Below are positions 1 through 9,181 of a stretch of 64,000 bases of DNA, in pieces. The translations under genes and the position numbers were made by a program. Every line of letters begins with the position of its first letter. Position 1 is the stretch's first letter. The notes beneath the pieces are model-generated. The model did no database searches, was not told the DNA's origin, and worked only from the letters and a program-made list of their open reading frames with translations. The stretch is from an uncultured delta proteobacterium (GTDB lineage: Bacteria; Desulfobacterota; Desulfobacteria; Desulfobacterales; QNYZ01). The stretch spans positions 256,001 through 320,000 of the forward strand of contig CAWJQU010000005.1 in NCBI GenBank assembly GCA_963845145.1, written 5' to 3'.

Positions 1-79
1 CCTGATCACATGGATAGAACATACGATAAGCGCTTATTTCGCTTTGTCTGCATGAATATTTTTATACGGGCATGAAACA

Positions 80-122
80 GTTCGGGCCGACTGGGCAATC
101 GCTGCTCCCAGTCGGCCCGAAC
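80..122 (-). terminator. 16-bp perfect hairpin downstream of dnaK (probable terminator)
   Basis: GTTCGGGCCGACTGGG (80-95) pairs with CCCAGTCGGCCCGAAC (107-122), 20 nt after the dnaK stop; U-tract is short. Confidence 0.65.
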
Positions 123-142
123 AGGTGTTGAAGGGTTGTGAT

Positions 143-2047
143 TTAAGCGACTTCCTGGAACTCCGCATCCACAACATCTTCATCAGCTTTGGGTGTGGCT
201 GTCTGCCGATACCCGCCGTTCGGTTGCGCACCGGAAGAATCGGCCTGCTGCCCATACATAGAAGTGGTCATGGCATGCGAAATGCGCGTGAGTTCTTCGG
301 TCAGGCGTCGGATTTCGCCAACATCTTCACCGTTCATGGCCTGTTTTAACGCGGCCACGGCTGCTTCTGCCTGGGCCTTTGAGGCCGGGTCAAGACGATC
401 GGCCATATCTTGAAGGGTCTTTTCAGTGGAATAGACCAGCGCGTCGGCACTGTTGCGCGCGTCCACCCGGCTCTTTTTTTCCCGATCCTCATCGGCATGT
501 TGTTCAGCATCCCGGATCAGCCGATCAATCTCTTCCTTGGACAATCCAGAAGAGGCGGTAATTCGAATCGATTGCTCCTTTCCTGTGGCCTGATCCCGGG
601 CGGAGACATTAACAATACCGTCGGCATCAATATCAAAGGTCACTTCGATCTGGGTGGTGCCTCTTGGCGCCGGCGCGATTCCGGTCAATTCAAAACGGCC
701 AAGGGTTTTATTATCGGTGGCCATGTCGCGTTCACCCTGCATCACATGCACGGTTACCGCCGGCTGATTGTCCTCGGCTGTCGTAAACATCTCGCTTTTT
801 TTGGCCGGTATCGTAGTGTTTTTCTCGATTAAGCGGGTCATAACGCCGCCCATGGTTTCGATCCCCAAAGAGAGCGGGGTGACATCCAGCAACAGCACAT
901 CACGCATGTCTCCTTTGAGTACGGCACCTTGAATGGCAGCCCCCAAAGCGACGACTTCATCCGGGTTAACGCCTTTGTTGGGCACCTTGCCGAATATTTT
1001 TTGGACGCGCGCCTGAACCGCCGGCATGCGGGTCATGCCACCGACCAAAATCACTTCGCCAATGTCGCCAGCATTAAGCCCGGAATCCTTTAACGCAGTT
1101 TTACATGGCGCCTCAAGTCTATCAAGCAGGTCACCGGCCAGGGCTTCCAGCCGGGATCGCGTCAATTTAATGTTCAAATGCTTGGGTCCGGAGGCGTCGG
1201 CCGTGACGAACGGCAGGTTGATATCGGTCTCCATGGCCGTGGACAACTCTACCTTGGCTTTTTCCGCGGCCTCTTTTAACCGTTGCAGGGCCATTTTATC
1301 GCCACGCAGATCAATTCCCTGATCCTTTTTAAATTCATCGGCCAGGTACTCAATCAGGCGAAGATCGAAATCCTCACCACCCAGGTGGGTATCGCCATTA
1401 GTGGCCTTCACCTCGAAAACCCCTTCGCCGATCTCAAGTACGGATACGTCAAATGTTCCACCGCCTAAGTCGAAAACAACCACCTTTTCCTCGGTTTTTT
1501 TATCCAGGCCATAAGCCAGGGACGCGGCCGTTGGTTCGTTAATGATACGCCGAACGTTCAGTCCGGCAATTTTTCCCGCATCTTTGGTGGCCTGGCGTTG
1601 GCTGTCGTTAAAATAGGCCGGTACGGTAATGACCGCATCGGTGACTTTCTCGCCCAGGTATTCCTCGGCTGCTTTCTTGATGGTGGCCAGAATATGCGAG
1701 GACACCTCAGCCGGGCTATATGGGCGCCCCTGAATGTTCAGGCGCACGTCGCCATTGTCCGCCCGCTCGATTTTGTAAGGCAGGACCTTAATGTCGGCCT
1801 GCACTTCCGGTGATTCATATTTTCGCCCAATGAGGCGTTTGACGCCAAAAACGGTATGTTCCGGATTGGTGATGGCCTGTCGTTTGGCTATTTGGCCGAC
1901 CAATCGCTCGCCGCCGGTGGAGACGGCGAACACGGATGGCGTGGTGCGGCCCCCCTCTGCATTGGTGATCACCTTGGCCTCATCTCCTTCCATGACCGCC
2001 ACGCAGGAGTTGGTTGTGCCCAGGTCGATGCCGATTATTTTTCCCAT
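143..2047 (-). CDS. dnaK: Molecular chaperone DnaK (Hsp70)
   Basis: [35 protein letters not shown] motifs; C-terminal [17 protein letters not shown]. Confidence 0.98.
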   Translation of the reverse strand: MGKIIGIDLGTTNSCVAVMEGDEAKVITNAEGGRTTPSVFAVSTGGERLVGQIAKRQAITNPEHTVFGVKRLIGRKYESPEVQADIKVLPYKIERADNGDVRLNIQGRPYSPAEVSSHILATIKKAAEEYLGEKVTDAVITVPAYFNDSQRQATKDAGKIAGLNVRRIINEPTAASLAYGLDKKTEEKVVVFDLGGGTFDVSVLEIGEGVFEVKATNGDTHLGGEDFDLRLIEYLADEFKKDQGIDLRGDKMALQRLKEAAEKAKVELSTAMETDINLPFVTADASGPKHLNIKLTRSRLEALAGDLLDRLEAPCKTALKDSGLNAGDIGEVILVGGMTRMPAVQARVQKIFGKVPNKGVNPDEVVALGAAIQGAVLKGDMRDVLLLDVTPLSLGIETMGGVMTRLIEKNTTIPAKKSEMFTTAEDNQPAVTVHVMQGERDMATDNKTLGRFELTGIAPAPRGTTQIEVTFDIDADGIVNVSARDQATGKEQSIRITASSGLSKEEIDRLIRDAEQHADEDREKKSRVDARNSADALVYSTEKTLQDMADRLDPASKAQAEAAVAALKQAMNGEDVGEIRRLTEELTRISHAMTTSMYGQQADSSGAQPNGGYRQTATPKADEDVVDAEFQEVA

Positions 2048-2095
2048 GATAATTCCTCCGATTTAATTTATATTACTATTTTTGTTTATGCTTTA

Positions 2096-2123
2096 ATAGT
2101 AATATAATCTTATCGGATGTCAA
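2096..2123 (-). promoter_or_regulatory. Putative sigma70 promoter of dnaK
   Basis: TTGACA-N16-TACTAT on the minus strand; no CIRCE element seen. Confidence 0.5.
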
Positions 2124-2218
2124 GGCTATAAATACATTTCCGGAAAAAATGATGGGTGAGGATGTGCTTTTGTCTCTGTCCGGCCAGGCAGACCAGATGG
2201 CTTCCTAATCCCTATATG

Positions 2219-3430
2219 TTACGGAACCAGGTAGTGGTTTCGAAGATCCCGAACAAAACCAATAAATTTAGGACTTTGGTTCAAAACAGGAGCGTTGAGT
2301 CGGATGGTGTTGGTCGCATCGCCATGGGTTGTACGAATCGTCAGATTGACGAGATCCAGGTCGGGGGGACAGGGGAGACGCGCCACCTGAAGATATTGTG
2401 GAAGTGTTTCCCAATGTCGAAAATCGGGTTGTTCCATGGCCACCAGCAATAGCCAAACCAGGGAACCCAGCAATTCGTTCTCTTTTTCGATTCCATAAGA
2501 AATGGCTCGTTTGGCGGCAATTCGGCCGGCCGTTTTGGCCGCTTTCATCGCGGCCGCTCTTTTTTCAGACAAGGCGGCCAAATGGCGTGTATCCGTAAGC
2601 GTATAGGTACGACCCAGTAATTTCCCTTCCGCGTAAATTTCAGCGTAAGGAAACGGGCTGACGGAAGGAACGGGCCAGGTTGTGCCGTAATCGGCAACCC
2701 TGCCAAGCAGCATAAACAGGATCAGTTCAGACCCGCCGTTTTCAGGATTATCGCGCGCCGGCATTAAAGGGAGACCCGCTTCACCGATGGGTCTCAGTTG
2801 TCCCGAATCGTCTATGGCAACCGTCGGACTAAACGTGGAAGCTTTGCGATAACGCACCCGTGCGTTGGACCAATCGCCGACGAGCTCCAGACAAAACCCG
2901 GCCATATAGTGTGAAAAAGCATCTTGCGGATACTCTCCAATGGCTTCGGGCTTAAGGGTGTTGATGATACGACGCGCTTCTACAGCGGCATCCTGCCGGT
3001 TTTCGCTACCGAGATAAGACAGCGCCGCCATCACGTGCAGATAGGTGCGCTCAAAAGGATAGCCTCGAAAGCGCAGGGCATTGTCATTGACAACCATGCT
3101 GGTGGCACCGCGGCTGACGCTAAGCGTTTCGCTTTGTTCCAGCAGATCGTTGGCCTCGTTAAAGTCGTGCACGCTTTTATCGTACTGACCGGCGGCCTGA
3201 TAAAGGGTCCCGCGTTCCATTAGAAAAAGAATACGATCACGCTTGGGAACTTTTTTTTCATCGAGAAGCGTTAACGCATACTGAGGGTTCCCGTCATAGA
3301 ATTCCCGACGGGCGTTGTCCAGATAAGACGAAGCACAACCGGTGATCATCACCATCGTGGTAATCACCACGAATGATAAGGACCGCCAGGCCCGCCGGTT
3401 ATGTGCCGGTGCTGACACAGAAAATGGCAT
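2219..3430 (-). CDS. COG3014-like TPR lipoprotein
   Basis: Lipobox ITGC, TPR-like helices, FRGYPFER and AAVEARR motifs; adjacent to lpoB. Confidence 0.7.
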   Translation of the reverse strand: MPFSVSAPAHNRRAWRSLSFVVITTMVMITGCASSYLDNARREFYDGNPQYALTLLDEKKVPKRDRILFLMERGTLYQAAGQYDKSVHDFNEANDLLEQSETLSVSRGATSMVVNDNALRFRGYPFERTYLHVMAALSYLGSENRQDAAVEARRIINTLKPEAIGEYPQDAFSHYMAGFCLELVGDWSNARVRYRKASTFSPTVAIDDSGQLRPIGEAGLPLMPARDNPENGGSELILFMLLGRVADYGTTWPVPSVSPFPYAEIYAEGKLLGRTYTLTDTRHLAALSEKRAAAMKAAKTAGRIAAKRAISYGIEKENELLGSLVWLLLVAMEQPDFRHWETLPQYLQVARLPCPPDLDLVNLTIRTTHGDATNTIRLNAPVLNQSPKFIGFVRDLRNHYLVP

Positions 3431-3436
3431 GATCGT

Positions 3437-4060
3437 CTACCAACCGATCAGGGGCTTGCTGGTTTCGCGGGCAAATTCATGCTCGGCGATCCACTTGATT
3501 TCGCCGGTTTCAATATCGTTGGCTTCCATAGTCAGTTTGTAATAGCTGAATACCTTTTTGGAAACACGGACCTGTCGTCCCGATTTTTTCTCTATTTTGG
3601 ACAATGCACCGGTCAGCATGTAGCGAACCCCCAACTGCCGGCCGATGGCTACGTTCTGGCCCGGTGTAACGTTATCCGCCTGAAACCCTTGCTCCGCCAT
3701 GATCTCTTTACGCCGCACTTCATTGACAAAACGGATTTTTCCGGACTGGATCAGTTTGACGCGCATCTGATCGGTCAGGCTGCGGGTGTCGATATGTTCA
3801 TCGGTGTCGTTAAAAACCTCTTCAATCATCATAACGGGCGGCGCCGGTTGCGAAGCCATAAATGGACTGGGGAGCAGCTGGTCTACCATCACAGTGGATA
3901 AGGTCCGTAGATCTGCAGCGTCATAATCCTGATCATAGTGCTTCATGTTGTCGACATCAACTTCTGTCGTCGATTGTCTGAAAGCGGCACAGCCACTGGT
4001 CAACAGCATTGCTGCCGATAATAGCACCACACCTGACCACTTAACGGCGATTTTGTTCAT
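3437..4060 (-). CDS. lpoB: Penicillin-binding protein activator LpoB-family lipoprotein
   Basis: Lipobox TSGC; NDTDEHIDTRSLTD and DIETGEIKW motifs. Confidence 0.8.
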   Translation of the reverse strand: MNKIAVKWSGVVLLSAAMLLTSGCAAFRQSTTEVDVDNMKHYDQDYDAADLRTLSTVMVDQLLPSPFMASQPAPPVMMIEEVFNDTDEHIDTRSLTDQMRVKLIQSGKIRFVNEVRRKEIMAEQGFQADNVTPGQNVAIGRQLGVRYMLTGALSKIEKKSGRQVRVSKKVFSYYKLTMEANDIETGEIKWIAEHEFARETSKPLIGW

Positions 4061-4256
4061 GATGTTCCTCCATTAAAAGTTTCGAATTCGGGTCAAGGGC
4101 TGAGTTCCCGAAAATACGCCCAAAACAATTCGTGTTTTGCTGGCGTAATGATAATCATCATTTGAAAAAAAAGCGACTTTAGGGTTCGCGTCGGGCTCAT
4201 CGTCGTTGACGACCCGGCCGCTCAGTTCACCGGCCGCTTAATTCAGGGGTGCACTT

Positions 4257-5516
4257 TCACCCCGTGAAGCGATCGATGCGATAAAACGATGGGTCAATAC
4301 TCGGCGTTTCATGATGGATCATTTCCGCCACCAGCCGCCCGGTGGCCGGTGCCATCGTGATGCCGAGTTCATTGTGGCCGGCAGCCAGGACGACATTTTT
4401 AAATGTGGGGAGATGGTCAACGATGGGCATACCGTCCCAGGTCATGGGGCGCCAACCGCACCATTCTTCTTCGATTTGGCCCGATACGGAAAAGGGCATA
4501 TACTGCGCCAGTGCCCTAAAAAGCGCGGTTAGCCGGCCTGAATTCAAGTCTTCGTCATAACCGGAAAATTCCATGGTCCCACCCAACCGTAAACCATTTT
4601 CCCATGGGGTCATGACCACACGCTCATTTTCAAAAAAACAGGGCATTGACGGCGCCTTTTCCGGGCGCCGGACAGTGACCGAGTAGCCCTTTCCCGGTTG
4701 AATCGGAATGCGGGTTCCGAGGGCTTGCACCCTTAAAGGCGTCCAGGCCCCGGTGGCCACCACAAATGCATCGGCGGTAAATGTTCCCCGATTGGTGCAT
4801 GCCGATACGGCCAGGTCTTCGGTTCTATTAAATGCCTGCCATTCGGTCTGCTCATGAATCACCACGCCCTTGTTTTTCAATACCGTAACAAGCGCCTGTA
4901 AGAAGGCCTCGGGACGGATAGATGCGGCATGACCGTCATGCCAACCCCCGACCACGTCAGGGGACAGGGTCGGCGCCACCGCCTGCAGACGGCTTCCAGT
5001 CAGGAGGTTGAGGTTCGATTCAGCGAGGCCGTCGACCTTATGGCCAGCTCCGTAAGCATCGCATGCCTTTTGATTTCGAAACAGGTGACAGTTACCGGAA
5101 ATTTTCCAGTCGCATTCGATTCCTTCGGCGGCGATGATGGTATCGTAAAGGGCAATGGCGTCGGCCATGAGGGCGGTGCGTCCGGCCATCGAGCGTTGAC
5201 GGTGGTGCGCCTGGCAATGACGGATAAACTGAATCATCCAGCGCACCCAGGTGGCATCGAATCGCCAGCGCATATAAAGCGGCGCGTTTTTCTTGAACAT
5301 CCACCCGATGCCCTTCATCAGGTTGGCCGGTGTATTTAACGGTATGCTGTGGGAGGGTACGATGAGGCCGCAATTTCCATGAGAGGCGCCGTCACCAAAG
5401 CGGCCCTTTTCCAAAATAGTGACAGACCATCCCTTTTTACACAAAAAATAGGCGGCCATGCCGCCGATAATCCCACCGCCGATGATAAGTGCCCGTTTTG
5501 ATGCGATTGCCATCAC
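4257..5516 (-). CDS. FAD-dependent D-amino acid dehydrogenase (DadA/DAO family)
   Basis: GGGIIG FAD motif, ASHGNCG, PGKGYS, GWRPMTWDGMP, GHNELGITMAPATG. Confidence 0.88.
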   Translation of the reverse strand: MMAIASKRALIIGGGIIGGMAAYFLCKKGWSVTILEKGRFGDGASHGNCGLIVPSHSIPLNTPANLMKGIGWMFKKNAPLYMRWRFDATWVRWMIQFIRHCQAHHRQRSMAGRTALMADAIALYDTIIAAEGIECDWKISGNCHLFRNQKACDAYGAGHKVDGLAESNLNLLTGSRLQAVAPTLSPDVVGGWHDGHAASIRPEAFLQALVTVLKNKGVVIHEQTEWQAFNRTEDLAVSACTNRGTFTADAFVVATGAWTPLRVQALGTRIPIQPGKGYSVTVRRPEKAPSMPCFFENERVVMTPWENGLRLGGTMEFSGYDEDLNSGRLTALFRALAQYMPFSVSGQIEEEWCGWRPMTWDGMPIVDHLPTFKNVVLAAGHNELGITMAPATGRLVAEMIHHETPSIDPSFYRIDRFTG

Positions 5517-5561
5517 GCGAGGTCCTCAGTGAATGGGTTGTGGGATTTTCTTACGCAACCA

Positions 5562-6197
5562 TTAGGGCATATATACCGGATGCTTTTTCTCAAACCGGTC
5601 GATCAGTTTTTCATGCTGCAAGGTTGAATCGATATCATCCACGCCGTTGACGAGTTGATCTTTTTCACCCGCATCGATGTCAAACCCATAGCGTTTTTCT
5701 TCAGCGGTATGGATGATGACCGCCTGCCGAAGCAGATCGACGGTGGCGGTCAACCCCTCGTTAGATGCAACGGCGCGATGAATGTCGTCTACTTCCGGTT
5801 CGGAAAGCTCCACAGCCAAAAAACCGTTCTTGACAGCATTATTGCGAAAAATATCGGCAAAGCCGGGAATACGTTCGCCATTAATGATACGCCAGGGAGC
5901 GATTATGGCCCGATACCCATCCTGGGCCAGGGCCCAGACGGCATGTTCACGACTGGAGCCGCAACCGAAGTTATTGCCGGCTACCAGAATGGATCGATTC
6001 TGATAGCGTGCCGCATTGAGTTCAAATTCGGGATTCGGAGAACCGTTCTCCAGGTACCGCCAATCAAAAAAGGCCTGGGGGCCGAAGCCGGTGCGGTGAA
6101 TCGACTTTAAAAACTGCTTGGGAATAATGGCATCGGTATCGACATTGGCCCGTGGCAGGCTGGCAAGGAGACCGGTATGGGTAGTAAAGGGATTCAT
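5562..6197 (-). CDS. leuD: 3-isopropylmalate dehydratase small subunit
   Basis: NVDTDAIIPKQFL, NFGCGSSREHA, FADIF. Confidence 0.96.
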   Translation of the reverse strand: MNPFTTHTGLLASLPRANVDTDAIIPKQFLKSIHRTGFGPQAFFDWRYLENGSPNPEFELNAARYQNRSILVAGNNFGCGSSREHAVWALAQDGYRAIIAPWRIINGERIPGFADIFRNNAVKNGFLAVELSEPEVDDIHRAVASNEGLTATVDLLRQAVIIHTAEEKRYGFDIDAGEKDQLVNGVDDIDSTLQHEKLIDRFEKKHPVYMP

Positions 6198-6211
6198 TGT
6201 TTTTCCTTTTT

Positions 6212-7624
6212 TTAGGATTCAGCCGGCCATTGGCGAATATCCACGAAACGGCCCTCAACCGCCGCAGCAGCAGCCATGGTCGGGCTGACTAAATGCGTGC
6301 GACCGTCTTTGCCCTGACGTCCCTCAAAATTACGATTGGAGGTCGAGGCGCAACGTTGGCCGGGTAGTAGTTTGTCCGGGTTCATGGCAAGGCACATGCT
6401 GCAGCCGGGGTACCGCCACTGGGCGCCGGCGTTTGTAAATATTTTATCCAATCCTTCGGCCACGGCCTGATTGTACACCGCTTTCGATCCGGGCACCACC
6501 AGCGCTTCGACGGAAGGGGCAACTTTACGACCATCGAAAATACGGGCGGCTTCCCGCAGGTCTTCGATTCGGGAATTGGTGCAGCTGCCGATAAAAACGA
6601 CATCCAGCGGCAGATCGGTGAAGCGTTGGCCCGGCTTCAGCCCCATATAGGCCAGGGCCTTTTCCACGTCAGGCTTCCGATACCCCGGCACCTGATCCGG
6701 TTCGGGAATGGGTGTATCCACATCCGCCACCATACCGGGGCTGGTGCCCCAGGTAATTTGTGGCGCGATCTCGCCGGCAGCAATGGATAGGGTCCGGTCA
6801 AAGGTGGCCTCCGGATCTCCGGGAAGGGTTTTCCAAAACAAAATGGCGTCGTCAAGGGCTTTGCCTTGGGGGGCGAAGGGACGGTTTCCCTGGGTGATGT
6901 ATTCAAAAGTCGTATCGTCCGGCGCAATCATACCGGCCCGGGCGCCGGCTTCGATACTCATATTGCAGATGGTCATACGACCTTCCATGGACAATCCGCG
7001 CACGGCTTCGCCGCAATATTCAAAAATATACCCGGTCCCACCGGCGGTGCCCGTAAGACCGATCATTTTAAGAACCATGTCTTTAGCCGTGATATGCGGC
7101 TGAAGCTGTCCGGTAAATTCGATCTTAAAAGTAGCCGGTTTGCGTTGTCTCAGGGTTTGACTCGCCAGCACCAATTCCACTTCCGATGTACCGATGCCAA
7201 AAGCCAGCGCGCCGAAAGCACCATGGGTAGCGGTATGGGAGTCGCCGCAGACAATGGTCAAACCCGGCAGCGTAATTCCCAACTCGGGTCCGATCACATG
7301 CACGATCCCCTGGCGATCATCATCCAACCCATATAGCGGTATCTTAAAATCCCCACAGTTCTTTTCCAAAGCCTCGATCTGGGCCTTGGCGATGGGGTCT
7401 TTGATCTCTTTTCGATCGGCAGTGGTGGGCACATTGTGGTCCAGGGTGGAAAACGTCAGGTCCGGTCGGCGAACCGTGCGGTCGGCCAGGCGCAGCCCTT
7501 CGAATGCCTGTGGGCTGGTCACTTCGTGCACCAGGTGACGGTCGATGTAAAGTAATGCAAATCCGTCGGAAAGCTCGGTAACGACGTGGGCTTGCCAAAT
7601 TTTATCAAAGAGTGTTTGGGGCAT
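6212..7624 (-). CDS. leuC: 3-isopropylmalate dehydratase large subunit
   Basis: [47 protein letters not shown]. Confidence 0.98.
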   Translation of the reverse strand: MPQTLFDKIWQAHVVTELSDGFALLYIDRHLVHEVTSPQAFEGLRLADRTVRRPDLTFSTLDHNVPTTADRKEIKDPIAKAQIEALEKNCGDFKIPLYGLDDDRQGIVHVIGPELGITLPGLTIVCGDSHTATHGAFGALAFGIGTSEVELVLASQTLRQRKPATFKIEFTGQLQPHITAKDMVLKMIGLTGTAGGTGYIFEYCGEAVRGLSMEGRMTICNMSIEAGARAGMIAPDDTTFEYITQGNRPFAPQGKALDDAILFWKTLPGDPEATFDRTLSIAAGEIAPQITWGTSPGMVADVDTPIPEPDQVPGYRKPDVEKALAYMGLKPGQRFTDLPLDVVFIGSCTNSRIEDLREAARIFDGRKVAPSVEALVVPGSKAVYNQAVAEGLDKIFTNAGAQWRYPGCSMCLAMNPDKLLPGQRCASTSNRNFEGRQGKDGRTHLVSPTMAAAAAVEGRFVDIRQWPAES

Positions 7625-7702
7625 TGTGAATCCTTTGTAAAATTAATATCATCTGATTTTTGAAACCATATACCTGAAACCATGTTCGTATGTATGCATA
7701 CC

Positions 7703-7731
7703 AAGATACGTTCGTTACGCCAGGGTGTCAA
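7703..7731 (-). promoter_or_regulatory. Putative sigma70 promoter of leuCD
   Basis: TTGACA-N17-TATCTT on the minus strand, ~80 nt upstream of leuC. Confidence 0.55.
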
Positions 7732-7983
7732 GCGCAATATATTTGAGTACGGCCAGTTTCTTTAATGTATGATCTTTTTTGAATCGTCATTGATTTTTTT
7801 ATCTATTTCGAGACCGCCCGAAATCCCATAATGGATGTGTTTATGTAGGGGCAATCGCAAATATCAACCATGCTTTTTAAATTTTCCTTGCGATTTTCCT
7901 AGTGATCGACCAAACACCTATATGGACTAAAGGGATATCATGTATAGCCACATATGGTCATATTTTTAGCCTGACAACTACCT

Positions 7984-8964
7984 TCATAGCGATAGCCAGG
8001 TACCGATCCCCTTTTCCTTGGCGCGCTTGTAAATCAAAGGGGCGACAGCCATATCCTCGATGGCCAACCCCAGATTGGCGGTCATGGTGCGTTCATCGGC
8101 ACTTTCTCGACCCTGTTTAGCCCCGGCCGCTAATTCGCCCAAATCGGCATGAATCGCGGGGATTTTTTGAAAATAACCCATTTCACGATAATGCTGTAGT
8201 TGTGCCGTGTCATCCGTACAAAATTTAGCGGTTTCCATCATGGCATCCGCATGCCAGTAAGCGTCAAAATCCACCAGGGAGGCGAAAGCCCCCTTATCCA
8301 GCCAACCGGGTAAAATAGTGGCGTGGGGTTCTTTTAATATCGGCCCTGCGGTCACCACGATATCGCAGCCGGAGACGGCTTCCCGGGGAGAGGCTACCCC
8401 TACCACTTCGAGGTCCAGGCGGCGGGAGATATCCGCAGCATAGTTTTTTCGGGCGGTTTCGCTGAGATCATAGGCCATCACCTTTTTTATGGAAAAGCGC
8501 GTTTTCAATGCTTCCACATTGGTTCGCCCCTGAACCCCGCAGCCCAATATGCCGACCACCGATGATTCAGGCCGGGCCAAAAAGGTCGCTGCCAGGGCGG
8601 TCGCCGCTCCCGTGCGCATGCCTGTTATCCATACACAATCCATCACGGCCAGCGGTAGTCCGGTGTCCACATCATTTAAAACCAGCAGTCCGGTGATGTA
8701 GGGAAGCCCGTGCTTTTGGTTTTCAGGAAAGGCACTCACCCATTTAATTCCGGCGGACTTCAAGGCCGGGATATAGGCCGGCATGGCGTGAATAAAGCTA
8801 TCCGGCGGGCCCGGATGAATGCCTGGCTTGGGGGGCATCTCGGTTGCGCCTTTTCCCTTTTCAACAAATACCGTCTCAAGCGCGGCAATGATCTCCGCCA
8901 TGGTGATCCCAACGGATTCCACCTCGGCCCTTGAAAGATAAAGTAGTTCATGGGACATCGTCAT
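7984..8964 (-). CDS. Ornithine cyclodeaminase/mu-crystallin family protein
   Basis: HAMPAY, ITGMRTGAATA, GCGVQG Rossmann motif, GLAIEDMA; ATG 8964 chosen for its GGAGA RBS. Confidence 0.88.
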   Translation of the reverse strand: MTMSHELLYLSRAEVESVGITMAEIIAALETVFVEKGKGATEMPPKPGIHPGPPDSFIHAMPAYIPALKSAGIKWVSAFPENQKHGLPYITGLLVLNDVDTGLPLAVMDCVWITGMRTGAATALAATFLARPESSVVGILGCGVQGRTNVEALKTRFSIKKVMAYDLSETARKNYAADISRRLDLEVVGVASPREAVSGCDIVVTAGPILKEPHATILPGWLDKGAFASLVDFDAYWHADAMMETAKFCTDDTAQLQHYREMGYFQKIPAIHADLGELAAGAKQGRESADERTMTANLGLAIEDMAVAPLIYKRAKEKGIGTWLSL

Positions 8965-9181
8965 TTCTCCCAATGTAAGCCTATATAAATGCGGTGGTTC
9001 ATATCATTTTAGCCGCCGGCAAGTCCAATTTTATTTTAAACCTTGACAACCGCCCCTTTCCCTGACTATTTTGAAAGCTCAACTAACACATTGTGGCAAT
9101 GAGAATACGCCTCTGTCATTCTCAACTATTTCAATAAGTTCAGATATTAATACCCTACTTGAATTGCTATTTTGAGGGTCG

